From Macrostomum lignano (Eukaryota), in NCBI GenBank assembly GCA_002269645.1, contig NIVC01000264.1, forward strand, positions 1-64,000: a stretch of 64,000 nucleotides of DNA. Reading direction: 5' to 3'. Each line of letters begins with the position of its first letter. Within the stretch, counting starts at the first letter, position 1. Below are positions 44,952-59,000 of this stretch, piece after piece. Position numbers and translations under genes: made by a program. The notes below the pieces were generated by a model, which was not told the origin of the DNA, did not search any database, and was given only the letters and a program-made list of their open reading frames with translations.

Positions 44952-45855
44952 CACTGATTTCTTGCGAGAGCGTACTTTGGCTTCATTTGAGCATTTTCAT
45001 TGAATTTTCCTTCCCTTTTTGCTCGACTGTCGCGAAGTTTTATTCGGTTTTATAAATTGCCATATGACATATTACTCGTAGTAACAAATAAATGTGACGA
45101 TATCGCAATTATATATAGTCCAGTAAACACAGATTTAAATAAGATTTTGGCTTCTTCATTGTGCAAAAAAAATGATATTTATTCAGAAACGTTAATATAT
45201 GTCAAATATAAAACAGTTTCCTAATTTCCATGTTTCTACTGCTAGTAGCGCAGTTAGTGAAAAAAGTAGTTTATTTTCTGAAGCCTCTTGGCTCGACAAA
45301 ACTTGTTATGCCTCTTGCCATCAAATTGAGGAGCATTTTTAAACTGCAGAACTTGCCGATTTAACTGATTGCATAATGCCCGATATTCTCTCCCTTTCGG
45401 ATTCTACCCAAGGGATCAAATCTTGAATTGGAAAAGAAAAGATTTCCCAAAATTGGTGCAATCCGCGGTTAAAATTTTGTCATCATATTTTCTAAAATGC
45501 AGGCATCCTGGAATTATGCCTGCGCGACTCGGTTGTCAAGCCGGGGACTCGATCGATTCGAAGCGGAAAGGCGACTAGCAGGGGGTTGACAGCCCGAGAA
45601 TAAACAAAAACTGCACTGCATTCCCGGCCGGTCCCTGCAAAGCAATGGGCCTTCCGAACTCTCGCAGTGATTGAGCGCTGCAGGAATTCCCGTGAGGCTC
45701 GCATGGCCTCTGTGGTTGCGTAATTCCCCCCCCCCTCACCCCCTGCAGTTCTGAGTCCTTCTCAGTCATCCAGCACTGGCTCAGATGCCAGAGCAAATTT
45801 GTATGCATTCAATGCAACTCAGTGAGTAATATTTATTCCTGAAGAAACCTTCATA

Positions 45856-46158
45856 TCCCAGTTAGAATCCCAGTTAGAATCCCAGTTAGAATCCCAGTTA
45901 GAGTCTCAGGTAGAATCCCAGTTAGAATCCCAGTTAGAATCCCAGTTAGAATCCCAGTTAGAATCCCAGTTAGAATCCCAGTTAGAATCCCAGTTAGAAT
46001 CCCAGTTAGAATCCCAGTTAGAATCCCAGTTAGAATCCCAGTTAGAATCCCAGTTAGAATCCCAGTTAGAATCCCAGTTAGAATCCCAGTTAGAATCCCA
46101 GTTAGAATCCCAGCTAGAATCCCAGTTAGAGTCCCAGTTAGAGTCTCAGGTAGAATCT
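45856..46158. repeat. 12-bp satellite (GAATCCCAGTTA)
   Basis: About 25 copies. Confidence 0.93.
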
Positions 46159-47329
46159 CGCAAACACTATAAAGTACGCAGAAAGTTGCTGCGTAAAATG
46201 AGAAAGGATGTTACAAAGCTGCTTCCATTCCTCTTCTGAGCATTCACGCAAACTGACTCAAATTTCTTGTCTCAAAAGCCGTTGCTCTGGGATTAAGATT
46301 CCTTTGCTATTTTCACCAGCTTCCGAACGGCATCATCAGCCTAAAATCTGGGAAAATGCAGAATGTGCAGGTAGAAATCGTGCTTACGGCTCACACAGAA
46401 GGACTTTCTGGCGGTCTTGCGTTGCGGTTCCCAGCTGCTTTGAAAAAAATTAACCTGCCGATAAGCATCTGCTGATCCAACCATGCGATACAGTATGAGA
46501 TCGAATTTCTAAAATATTCAGTCAGTCAGTTTTGTTTAAAATCCATTGAGAAATGTGGACTTGTGGGCGTTTTCATTTCTGATGCTAATAGAAAAAAGGA
46601 ATTACCCTTAAGAGGCGACCCCAGCACAGCCCCCGCACAGCCTCCGCACAGCTCCAACACAGCCCCAGCACAACTCCAGCACAGCCCCAGCCCAGCCCCC
46701 AGCACAGCCCCCGCACAGCCCCCGCACAGCCCAGCAGAGCCCCCAGACTCCTTTCATTAGCTGCATTCGTTCCAAGAAATGCATCATTTACGCCACAAAA
46801 GTGCCGGCCATTTCGCCTAAATGAATGCAATATTCACAGCTTCCTGTACTTTTGCAACTACGAATGCCAACGTCTGGCCCAAACGAGTTTCAACCTTACA
46901 GCAGCAGCCACGATACCACGAATCAAGTTGGTTGCTGGGGCTTGCGTGAGAGATAGAAATCTCAGTTGGCTTGTGTTCTATACTTGCGAGTCCTCCTATC
47001 TTTCAATCCAGAAGGGGAGATGCGTGCGAGAGAGAATCGTCGAAGGGGTGTTCCTGAGCACGGAAGATTTCTTGGAATAGTATTCCCCCCACAATCCATC
47101 CTCAGCTGCGACTCTATCCGCTTCCCAATCCCCGATCCCCAATAGATCCCCATATCCCCATTCTAGAATTCGATTCATCAAAATTCGGCCTCGACCTCGT
47201 TGGCCCATTCGCAGTTCCATTTCTGCTTTTAATCATTCAAACTGCATAGTCTGCATTTGTGGCTTCTGGAGATTCTTTTTTATTCTGATTCAGCAGCAGA
47301 AATACAAGGGGGTGGCTGAAAACAAATGT

Positions 47330-48305
47330 CACTACTCTACTCCCTTCTACCCAGACTACTCTACTCCCTTCTACCCAGACTACTCTGCTCCCTTCTACCC
47401 AGACTACTCTACTCCCTTCTACCCAGACTACTCTGCTCCCTTCTGCCCAGACTACTCTACTCCCTTCTACCCAGACTACTCTACTCCCTTACCCAGACTA
47501 CTCTACTCCCTTACCCAGACTACTCTACTCCCTTCTACCCAGACTACTCTACTCCCTTCTACCCAGACTACTCTACTCCCTTACCCAGACTACTCTACTC
47601 CCTTACCCAGACTACTCTACTCCCTTCTACCCAGACTACTCTACTCCCTTCTACCCAGACTACTCTACTCCCTTACCCAGACTACTCTACTCCCTTACCC
47701 AGACTACTCTACTCCCTTACCCAGACTACTCTACTCCCTTACCCAGACTACTCTACTCCCTTCTACCCAGACTACTCTACTCCCTTACTCAGACTACTCT
47801 ACTCCCTTCTACCCAGACTACTCTACTCCCTTCTACCCAGACTACTCTACTCCCTTCTACCCAGACTACTCTACTCCCTTACCCAGACTACTCTACTCCC
47901 TTCTACCCAGACTACTCTACTCCCTTCTACCCAGACTACTCTACTCCCTTACCCAGACTACTCTACTCCCTTCTACCCAGACTACTCTACTCCCTTCTAC
48001 CCAGACTACTCTACTCCCTTCTACCCAGACTACTCTACTCCCTTCTATCCAGACTACACTCTACTCCCTTCTATCCAGAATCCAGACTACTCTACTCCCT
48101 TCTACCCAGACTACTCTACTCCCTTCTGCCCAGACTACTCTACTCCCTTCTGCCCAGACTACTCTACTCCCTTCTACCCAGACTACTCTACTCCCTTCTA
48201 TCCAGACTACTCTACTCCCTTCTTCCCAGTCTACTCTACCCTCTTCTACCGAGGCTACTCTACTCCCTTCTACTACGGCTACTCTACTCCCTTCTACCCG
48301 ACTAC
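47330..48305. repeat. 22/24-bp minisatellite (ACTACTCTACTCCCTT(CT)ACCCAG)
   Basis: Mixed unit lengths shift the reading frame, so it is non-coding. Confidence 0.92.
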
Positions 48306-48889
48306 TCTACATTTACCTCATTCTACCTAAATTCCTCCTCTCAAGTTTTTTTCAATCATCCACCATATTGCTCTATCTTACAGAAATTTGAAGTTTATTT
48401 ATTGAAATACACATCCTGATATCCTGTAAATCAATTAGACAATATAAATTATTCTGCAATGCAGAAACAAGTCATGCTATAAGGATCTCATTTGTCGCGC
48501 AGATCAATGGGCTACTACAGTTTCTCCCGCTACACTCCCAGCTTCCCGCCAGATCTTTGCGCTTCATCAATTGCCGAAATCGACAGCCAAGCTGACAGTT
48601 GATTGAAATCCCCTCTCGCACAGCGCCTCATTCTTCCCCTGCGGATCGTTACCCCCCCCCCTCCATCAAGCCCCCGGCAAAGACAGGATGACAAATTCCA
48701 TTCGCAATGTCCACTGGAAGTCTGGAAGCCTACTATAAAGTCGGCATGGGGTAATTCCTGTATGGCTTTGCTTTCAGCTACAATGTGAGCAATTCATATT
48801 TAGCGGCCTAAGACTTTTCTGCACGTTATTTTTAGTGCTGTGCTTAAGTTCAACTTTAGCTACCTTCTATCTTCTTCTTCTATCTATCT

Positions 48890-49290
48890 TCTACCCTATC
48901 TTATGTTCTGCCCTGCCCCTCCTACTCTCCCCTCTCTTCTACCCTCCCTCTCTTCTACCCTCCCCCCTCTCTTCTACCCTCCTCCCTCTCTTCTACCCTC
49001 CCTCTTCTCTTCTACCCTCCCTCTTCTCTTCTACCCTCCCCCCTCTCTTCTACCCTCCTCCCTCTCTTCTACCCTCCTCCCTCTCCTCTACCCTCCCCCC
49101 TCTCTTCTACCCTCCCTCCTCTCTTCTACCCTCCCTCCTCTCTTCTACCCTCCCTCTTCTCTTCTACCCTCCCTCCTCTCTTCTACCCTCCCTCCTCTCT
49201 TCTACCCTTCCTACCCTTCCTCCTCTCTTCTACCCTTCCTACCCTTCCTCCTCTCTTCTACCCTCCCTCCTCTCTTCTACCCTTCCTCCT
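48890..49290. repeat. CT-rich satellite (CTCTTCTACCCTC...)
   Basis: Tandem degenerate units. Confidence 0.88.
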
Positions 49291-50011
49291 CTCTATCAAA
49301 AAATATTTGCAGACAAAGACTTGAAACTACAGTTAGTTTAACAGCATAGTTGCTACACACATAATGCATCTCTCATACATGAATTATCAAAGCTTTATTG
49401 TTATGTGAAGGAAACAGCTTCTTGAAAAGGTCAGGGCTTTGCAAGAACTTTTGATTAATAATTGCGAATTAATTAATTTAAGCAAACGACCACTGAATTG
49501 CATTGATAGACAGACAAAATATGCATTGACACACCGAAGACAGAAGCGGAATCAGGTTAGAGCGGCATCAGACTTAGAGCAATGGAATAAAAATTAGATC
49601 AATGATGACAAGCAAGTTCGTGCTTCAAAAACACTAAATAATACACAGTTTAAAGCTATCAGAAGTTCGAATAATGCACAAAATAAGTTAAGAGTATGCG
49701 AATTAAAGGCAGCGTTTTAATTTTCATCTTTATAAACTGAGTTACTGATTTAATTATTGTTATTATATAAAATCGAGCAGATAGTATTAGCATTTCTCAG
49801 GTAATCTCAGCCAGGTAATTATAACTCTTAGATAAGCTACTAAAGTCGCAGAGAGGCGAGACAGTCTATGGTCAAAACCCAGGTTCGACTTCAATTAGGC
49901 GTTATGGACTGGCTAAGATTACTGGTGGCTCATAGGCTGAGATAGGCCTGAGAAATTGCAGCAATGTACACTGAAAGACAGGGGAGGGCTGGGCTGAAAG
50001 GGGGGGGTGGT

Positions 50012-53000
50012 TCAAGAGGACACGAACTCCAGACTGTCAGGGTCCAAGGCCAGCAGCTGGCTCAGTTGCCAAGGCGATTTGGGGCCAGTCAGAGCCGGCG
50101 CGACCAGCTGGAATCCCGGCAGGCTGCCGCGGCTTCTCAGCTCGACCAGCTGCGACGAGCTCCAGCGATGCCGGGTGGCCAGACCTCGCGCCGCCGCTGT
50201 CGCTTCTCGTTGCCAGGCGACCAGTGATGCGGCGGTCAGCGCGTCGGACTGAAGCCGGGTGAGCTCGGCTGAGACTGACACTCCGTAGCTGATGCTCAGG
50301 ACGGAGTGCCGGCTCGACACCAACAGGCGGTCGGAGCCATCAGAGCGGCTGATCGTCAGGGAGATGTCACCAGGCAACTCGAACCGGGATCTGGGATGGG
50401 GGTGGAAGACGGAAAATGAAAAATGAACTTGTTACGAGCTATAATTGGGTAATTTAGACAAACCATCTTGAGATAGCCGACGTTAATAGCTATTTTTAGA
50501 ATCTATTTTTAGTATATTAGACTAGCGCAGCCCCCTTGGGGTGGCCCGAACAAAGACTGAAATGCTATTTTTAATAGCACTCTATCAACCCTTTTTTAGT
50601 TTCATAGCTATTTTTAGAATCTTTTTAGTACCCTCGTATATTAGACTAGCGCACTCCCCCTTGGGGTGGCCTGAACAAAAAAACGGAAAGGTATCTTATT
50701 TCATCAGCATTTCATCACTATTTAAAAAAGGATAATAAGTAAATATCCAGTAGTAAGATTGCCATCGACCCATATTTGACTGGCTGATGCACATGTACGA
50801 AAATATGATAACAATGACAGTTGCAAACGAGGGAAATTGATGGAGAAGGTACAGTAAAACACAACCTAGATAGACATAGACGAAAAACATGATCTTTCTT
50901 ATCGTCGGGCATGTTGACAGCTTTCAGTCAGGGCTATCTTGTAAATCGGTCTTCGTATTTGAAAACAAATGCCATTCTTCCAACCTGAGCACTAAAGCAG
51001 CTCCCATACTCGCATAACTCCTCACCTTGTCAAATCAACAGAGCTGCCAAACACGGCCTGCAGGTGCGTGTTCATCAGGCCAGCCCGCTCAGGCCAGGCC
51101 AGGTGCACCACCTGCTTGTCCCCCTCCAGTCCCGGGAACGGCACCAGCTCGGAGCCGTTGACCGCCGCCATGGCGAGCTGCTTCACCACCTGCGGCACCT
51201 GATCGCCGTGGAACTCCGGCACCGAGACTCGAATCCGAGGCCGCGATTCCGACCAGCCGTCGCCGCGACTTTCGCCGTAGTCGACGCTGAGCAGCAGCCC
51301 CGGATGGAGCGTCGGCCCCGTCGAGTTCAGCGCCAAGCCGCCGCCGCTGCCGCTGTCGATCTTCTCGATCATCGACAGTCGCTGGAAGGCGGCCAGGCTG
51401 TCCGCCAGCGCAGAGGACAGCACGGATGTCGGCGAATCCCGCAGACCAGCCAACGGGCTTGTCAGCGAGCTCCCTGCCGTCGAGTCCATCGCCGATACAA
51501 TGGTCGCCGTCGAAGCTTCCGGACGAACGTTGAAGTTGGCCAGCCAGAAGTTTGGGCGGGACACCGCTAGCGAGTCGTAGGCGGCGTCGGCTTCACCAGC
51601 GAGATGGTCAAATGTCAGGCCGTCTAGATTGGTCAAGCCGAGAGGCGAGTCGCCGAAGCCGGCGTGCAGGCGGCGCGCCAAGCCGGAGTAGTCGGGGGCG
51701 GCCCATTGGCCGGTGAGGGGGTCGTACACCCGCTGCCCGGGCGGCAGCAGAACCAGCTGTGCGTCGGGGTCGTGGATGCCGCCGCGGTAGCCGAAGGGCA
51801 GCTGCGCGGTCTGCTTGGAGACGGTGAGCAGGCCGGTGTGCGAGTAGCTTAGCTGGTTCAGCGCGATGCCGCGGCTATCTAGAAGGGCCAGCGGCGAGCC
51901 CAGATGGTCGCACACAATGTAGGCCCGCTCTCCGTTGGTTTCCATAGCAACTAATTGACCGGTGCGATTCTCATAGACAAAGGTTGCCAGCCGGTTGCCA
52001 TGCGGGAAGAAGGCGTGGCTGACTCGCCAAGGGCTGGCCGGATCGGCGTACATCAGCTGGAAGTCGCGGCTCCGGTCCAGCAGGTCCAGACGGGCGACCA
52101 GGCGGTCCCTGGAGTCGTACAGGTAGTGCAGGCTGTACACCTGCGTGCCTCCGTCCGCCACGCAGTCAGCTCGCAGCAGCTGGCCTTTGGCGTTGAACCG
52201 GAAGTGCTCCGTGTGCCCTGGCAGCTTCCGGTTCCGGCGCCAGCTGAGGAAGCCGTCGGCGTCGAAGCCGAGCCCGACGCTACCAACCGACGTCGGCAGG
52301 CCACGGCTGTCGTAGGTGTAGTTCAGCCACTCCGCCGCGGCCGGCGGAGGCGACTCAATTGAGCGGGCGGCGATTCGACCGTCGCCGCGGTAAATAATCC
52401 GCTGCCGACTGGTAACCTGGCCGCGCTGGGCCTGGGTCAGCTGCGGTGGGTGTTGGGGATGTTGGGATTATGGAGAAATTGTGACTTTGGGGATGTTGGG
52501 ATTAGGGGGATATAAGGCTACTGGGGCTACTGGGGATATTGGGATAGTTGACATTATTGGGACATTAAGGATACTGGACATTGGGACAATGAAATACTGG
52601 GACTTCTGATGCATAAAACATAGGAATCTGAGGATTTTTAGGGATTGTCGGATAAAAGAGTGATATTGGTGTTTGGTGTAACAATTTGGTGTAGCAAATA
52701 AGTTAAACAATTCTAAGCAAAGGCTACTCACCTGCACAGGCCTGCCCAATCGGTCCTTGGCGTACTCCAGTGACACCTGAGCCTCATTTGCCAGGCCGTA
52801 GACCAGCCTCTCTGGCCGTCCCAGGCTGCAGCTGTGCAGCGACAGCACGAACGCCCTGGCATCGAAGCCGCTGCCCGGGCCGCTGGCGAAGTGCAGCGTG
52901 TTCTCCACCAGCCGGCCCATGCTGTCGAAGTGAAACCTGCGCATGGCCCTGCCGTCCTGCAGCGTGATTGTGTGCTTCATCCGGGACACCTCGTATTGGA

Positions 53001-56000
53001 AGCGGATGTCCAGCTGGCCTGTCACGTGACCCCTGACCGGATCCAGCGTCGTGTTTACAACGGTTCGAGCGGCGATGCTGCCGCCGCTGCCGCCAACAAC
53101 GGTTTCTATGGACACTAATCGTAGCTCGGCGTCCAGGGTGTACCGATGATGGACAGGTGCGAGTCCGGACTCGGCTGCGGAGGCCAGGCCGCCAACAAGC
53201 TCAACACTCTCGCTCGCGAGGCAGCCGCCTCTGTAGTTGAACTGCTGGCGGACGGATGTTTCAGCGAGTTGGTCGGTGACCGCGGCCCTGTAGAGCAGTT
53301 TGGTGTCCGGATGGTAGCTGAACTCGGTCCTGGTCAGGCCGTGCACGCTGAGGGCGAGGCGGCGAGGCAGCTCGCCAGCTAAGAAGGAGTTCGCCAGGAG
53401 CCGCTGGCGGCTGGGGTAGGCGAGCGTGGTCAGAGTTTCAGCCGAGTCGAAATCGAACAGGGCGGCCCGGCCGCTCTGCCAAGGCCGGTAGTGCAGGCGG
53501 GTGCCGCCAACGATGCTCTGCGACAGCACCGACTGCCGGACGCCCTCCGGCGAGGTGACGCCACCAAAATTGCCGTTGGCGTTGAGGTGGAAGGTGTGCA
53601 GATTGCCTAGCGGATCCGTGACGGTGTTGGGCTGTGGGGACAGGCATGGGTGGAGCAGTTTGTAAAGGTTGGTTGGTGTGTTTGGGGTTGGTTGGCGTGT
53701 TTGGGGTTTGTTGGCGTGTTTGGGGTTGGTTGGCGTATTTGGGGTTGGTTGGCGTGTTTGGGGTTTGTTGGCGTGTTTGGGGTTGGTTGGCGTATTTGGG
53801 GTTGGTTGGCGTGTTTGGGGTTGGTTGGCGTATTTGGGGTTTGTTGGCGTGTTTGGGGTTGGTTGGCGTATTTGGGGTTGGTTGGCGTGTTTGGGGTTGG
53901 TTGGCGTGTTTGGGGTTTGTTGGCGTGTTTGGGGTTGGTTGGCGTATTTGGGGTTGGTTGGCGTGTTTGGGGTTTGTTGGCGTGTTTGGGGTTGGTTGGC
54001 GTATTTGGGGTTGGTTGGCGTGTTTGGGGTTGGTTGGCGTATTTGGGGTTTGTTGGCGTGTTTGGGGTTGGTTGGCGTATTTGGGGTTTGTTGGCGTGTT
54101 TGGGGTTGGTTGGCGTATTCGGGGTTTGTTGGCGTGTTTGGGGTTGGTTGGCGTATTTGGGGTTGGTTGGCGTGTTTGGGGTTTGTTGGCGTGTTTGGGG
54201 TTGGTTGGCGTATTTGGGGTTGGTTGGCGTGTTTGGGGTTTGTTGGCGTGTTTGGGGTTGGTTGGCGTATTTGGGGTTTGTTGGCGTGTTTGGGGTTGGT
54301 TGGCGTATTTGGGGTTTGTTGGCGTGTTTGGGGTTGGTTGGCGTATTCGGGGTTTGTTGGCGTGTTTGGGGTTGGTTGGCGTATTTGGGGTTGGTTGGCG
54401 TGTTTGGGGTTTGTTGGCGTGTTTGGGGTTGGTTGGCGTATTCGGGGTTTGTTGGCGTGTTTGGGGTTGGTTGGCGTATTTGGGGTTGGTTGGCGTGTTT
54501 GGGGTTGGTTGGCGTATTTGGGGTTGGTTGGCGTATTTGGGGTTGGTTGGGGTGTTTGGGGTTGGTTGGGGTGTTTGGGGTTGGTTGGGGTGTTTGTGGT
54601 TGGTTGGGGTGTTTGGGGTTGGTTGGGGTGTTTGGGGTTGGTTGGGGTGTTTGGGGTTGGTTGGGGTGTTTGGGGTTGGTTGGGGTGTTTGGGGTTGGTT
54701 GGGGTGTTTGGGGTTGGTTGGGGTGTTTGTGGTTGGTTGGCGTGTTTGGGGTTGGTTGGGGTCTTTGGGGTTGGTTGGGGTGTTTGGGGTTGGTTGGGGT
54801 GTTTGGGGTTGGTTGGGGTGTTTGGAGTTGGTTGGTGTGTTTGTGGTTGGCTGGTGTGTTTGGGGTTGGCTGGTGTGTTTGGGGTTGGTTGGTGTGTTTG
54901 GGGTTGGTTGGTGTGTTTGTGGTTGGTTGGCGTGTTTGGGGTTGGCTGGTGTGTTTGGGGTTGGCTGGTGTGTTTGGGGTTGGTTGGTGTGTTTGGGGTT
55001 GGTTGGCGTGTTTGTGGTTGGTTGGCGTGTTTGTGGTTGGTTGGTGTGTTTGTGGTTGGTTGGCGTGTTTAGGGTTGGCTGGTGTGTGTTGGGTTTGGTT
55101 GGCGTGTTTGTGGTTGGTTGGCGTGTTTGTGGTTGGTTGGTGTGTTTGTGGTTGGTTGGCGTGTTTAGGGTTGGCTGGTGTGTGTTGGGTTTGGTTGGCG
55201 TGTTTGTGGTTGGCTGGTGTGTTTGTGGTTGGTTGGCGTGTTTGGGGTTGGCTGGTGTGTGTTGGGTTTGGTTGGCGTGTTTGTGGTTGGTTGGGGTGTT
55301 TGGGGTTGGTTGGGGTGTTTGGGGTTGGTTGGGGTGTTTGGGGTTGGTTGGGGTGTTTGGAGTTGGTTGGTGTGTTTGTGGTTGGCTGGTGTGTTTGGGG
55401 TTGGCTGGTGTGTTTGGGGTTGGTTGGTGTGTTTGGGGTTGGTTGGTGTGTTTGTGGTTGGTTGGCGTGTTTGGGGTTGGCTGGTGTGTTTGGGGTTGGC
55501 TGGTGTGTTTGGGGTTGGTTGGTGTGTTTGGGGTTGGTTGGCGTGTTTGTGGTTGGTTGGCGTGTTTGTGGTTGGTTGGTGTGTTTGTGGTTGGTTGGCG
55601 TGTTTAGGGTTGGCTGGTGTGTGTTGGGTTTGGTTGGCGTGTTTGTGGTTGGTTGGCGTGTTTGTGGTTGGTTGGTGTGTTTGTGGTTGGTTGGCGTGTT
55701 TAGGGTTGGCTGGTGTGTGTTGGGTTTGGTTGGCGTGTTTGTGGTTGGCTGGTGTGTTTGTGGTTGGTTGGCGTGTTTGGGGTTGGCTGGTGTGTGTTGG
55801 GTTTGGTTGGCGTGTTTGTGGTTGGTTGGGGTGTTTGGGGTTGGTTGGGGTCTTTGGGGTTGGTTGGGGTGTTTGGGGTTGGTTGGGGTGTTTGGGGTTG
55901 GTTGGGGTGTTTGGAGTTGGTTGGTGTGTTTGTGGTTGGCTGGTGTGTTTGGGGTTGGCTGGTGTGTTTGGGGTTGGTTGGTGTGTTTGGGGTTGGTTGG

Positions 56001-59000
56001 CGTGTTTAGGGTTGGCTGGTGTGTGTTGGGTTTGGTTGGCGTGTTTGTGGTTGGTTGGTGTGTTTGTGGTTGGTTGGCGTGTTTGGGGTTGGCTGGTGTG
56101 TGTTGGGTTTGGTTGGCGTGTTTGTGGTTGGTTGGGGTGTTTGGGGTTGGTTGGTGTGTGTTGGGTTTGGTTGGAGTGTTTGGGGTTGGTTGGCGTGTTT
56201 GGGGTTGGTTGGAGGTTTTGGGGTTGGTTGGAGTGTTTAGGGTTGGTTGGCGTTGGCGTGTCTGGGGTTGGTGTGTTAGGCATGTTTTTGGACTAGAAAG
56301 TGCTTTGGTGATTGGAATTTGGAAATTAGTTTAGCTATATAGTTTTGCCACGTATTTGATGGCCTCTAAACCAAACCAGACAATGGTCTCGTTCTGAGCA
56401 AGTACTATAAGAAATTTTTCCCTTTTGTTTTTCGCTCGGTGACAGAGAGCATGACTTAACTGCAACCTCACGAGAAGCCGAGGTTTCAACGTAAAATGAA
56501 GATTGTGAAAAATAGCGACTGGCCCAAAACTTATCCATGGGATAAAGCTAGTTAGTTGCATTTCATCTTATCCTATTTCATCCTTTCCCACAGCAGCCTC
56601 ACCCGGGCCCCCAGTTTCTTTCCCAGCTCTCCTTTCCACAGTTCCGCATTGATTGACACGAAGTCGTTCTGCTGGAAAATTGAACCGAGCTGAGTTCGCA
56701 GTGCAGCTATTAGTTCTCACCCCTTCCCGAAGTCTGTCGCCATGCCATGACCCTGGCGGCTTCAGTGATGCATGACTGCCAGCCCAATGCAACCCCGTTT
56801 TTTTCATTTTTTCTTTCTTTTTTGGTCAAACATCGCGTTATTTCCTTGAATCCACCAGTGTGAAAAATACTCGATTCGGAAACATTCCCAAATGCCCGAA
56901 CTCGCAATTAACTTCAGCCGTGATTAGTAGAGAGAGGCGACCAACTGCGGTTGCTAAGCTGACCATAAACAATAGAGTAATTGACCCATCACATGATCAC
57001 GTGATCTGTTCTTGTGTGCAAATTAGACCCGAGAAATAATGCTCGAATAAGTTTTAGTAATTTACTAGATATACGCTCGTATTTTGCTTATTGGACTTAC
57101 CAGCGTTGTTGAATTGTCTGAGTAGCTGTATCGATAAACAGCCAGCTCATTCGCCGCTTCGCTGTCCGAGAATTGACGAATCTCGGACACCAGACGGCCC
57201 AGCGAGTCGTATTGCCACTGGTAAGTACCTCTCTCGATGTTGCTCTCCGATGCTGTGCGTGGCTTGTCGGCCCATTGCATCAGGGCAATTCGGCCGCGAC
57301 TAAGGAGAGAGTTTAAATTTGATTCTTTGGTAGAATTGCTTTGTTTTTTGATAACAAGTTTAATTGTTTTATTCGTGTCTATAATATAACGTGTACTAAG
57401 GAGTCTATGTGGGTGTACATTTTGAGGTTCCCTCTAAAAGAATGTACATTGTAAAAAAGGGAGTGTGGGAGCTGAGGGTTAGACGGGTTGGAATTTTATA
57501 GTCAAAGTACGAGCGTATATTGGATTAATAAACTTTACGCCCCTGTTACACTAAGCAAATAAATTTGCATTGTTATATAAATAGCAACAGGGGTTTGTGG
57601 CTCTAAAAAGCATGTACATTTTAAAAAGGGAGAGCGGGCTGAGGGTTAGACGGGTTAGAATTCTAGAGTCAATCAATAAACTTTGCCCCCCCCCGACTGT
57701 GTACACTAGGCAAAATAAATGTACATTGTTCTATAAATGGCAACACGGGTTTCGGGCTAACCTAGTGTAGTCAAACCGCACAGGCCTGTACAGACAGATT
57801 CGCTGATTGGGCACAATAGAAATCGGATTTCCGTCTCGATTGTAGGTTATGGAGAACAGCTGCTGTTGGTCACTCTCGGATTGTGTTCCGTTGTCCGAGA
57901 CACTGTAGATCTCAGTTAGATTGTTGCGATCAAACGCGACCGAGATAACTGAGCGGCCATTGATCTAAAATATTGAATTGGTTGTAATTGTTAGGTTGGA
58001 GTGGAACCAGTGGAACTGCGCCACAATAGTTGCTTCAGATATAGATTAAAGAAACGGTATCAAAAAATGATTAAAGCCCAATTGGGCAGGGGGGGTAAAT
58101 CTGCAAATCATTTTATCTCTAAATGAGACTCTAAAGCTCTAATTGGTCATAAATCTTCGAAAGCAACATGAGCCGAGCTGCGCAGCATCGGAAGTGGATC
58201 ATTTTGGGCATATTTTGCCTCCTCCCGCGCACCAGCCACCCGCAGCAATCAATGAGTTGGCCTAATCCTCCGCTACTCCGCTAGGGCGCCGCCCCCAATC
58301 CCGACCGCAATCCAGCCTCGTCCCCCCACTTAAGCCGGCATAAATCAACAAATTAATCTCCCATTTTCTATTCCCGCCCACCCTCCAAATCCCCCCTGTT
58401 ACGAGCGAGTCAGCCAAATCCCAAAAGCTAAATTATCCCTAATCTCGCTTCCTGCTCCAATTCCTCTTTCTTCCTTGCATTGAGCATTCAAGAAGTCCTG
58501 GCAGCAATAAGAAGTCTTACAAATGCAGACACCAAAAACATATTTCTCCCCAAATCCCCTCCCAGTTTCTCCTCCTCCCCCCGATGACTCACCCGGGCGG
58601 GCCTACAAATCTATGACGAGGCAAATTTTGCTCTTAAGTACATTTCTCAATCAACTGTTTGAGCATAGAGACTAGGAACTGGCAGACCGATCAATGTTAA
58701 CAGAAAAAATTTAGAAAAAAAATTGTTTCAAACAACATCAAAGAAATATGGTAAATATTTCCGATCAGATGGTTAAGCAGGATAGTGTCTTTTGTTCACA
58801 GAGAGGGGCGCGTGCAATGATTGGCATGCGGCTGTATTGGCACCTGGAGCATCTCTCTAATTAATTAATTATCCAGGCCAATTATTAGGCTTATTAGTGT
58901 GATTGCTTATCGGAATTGAAGCCAGAAATTTTAATCAATTAAACCGATAGTGAAAAAAATCATTTTATTTACAGCATGCCGCAATGAGAGAAGAAAATTA

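Noticed and set aside
47312-48391. DYSTPFYP repeat protein as a second Tyr-rich secreted protein
   Set aside because: Units alternate between 22 and 24 nt, so the frame shifts continually, and there is no signal peptide.
51022-53529. Bacterial RHS/YD-repeat toxin or horizontally transferred island
   Set aside because: The region is split by spliceosomal introns, and its motif order and C-terminus match animal teneurin.
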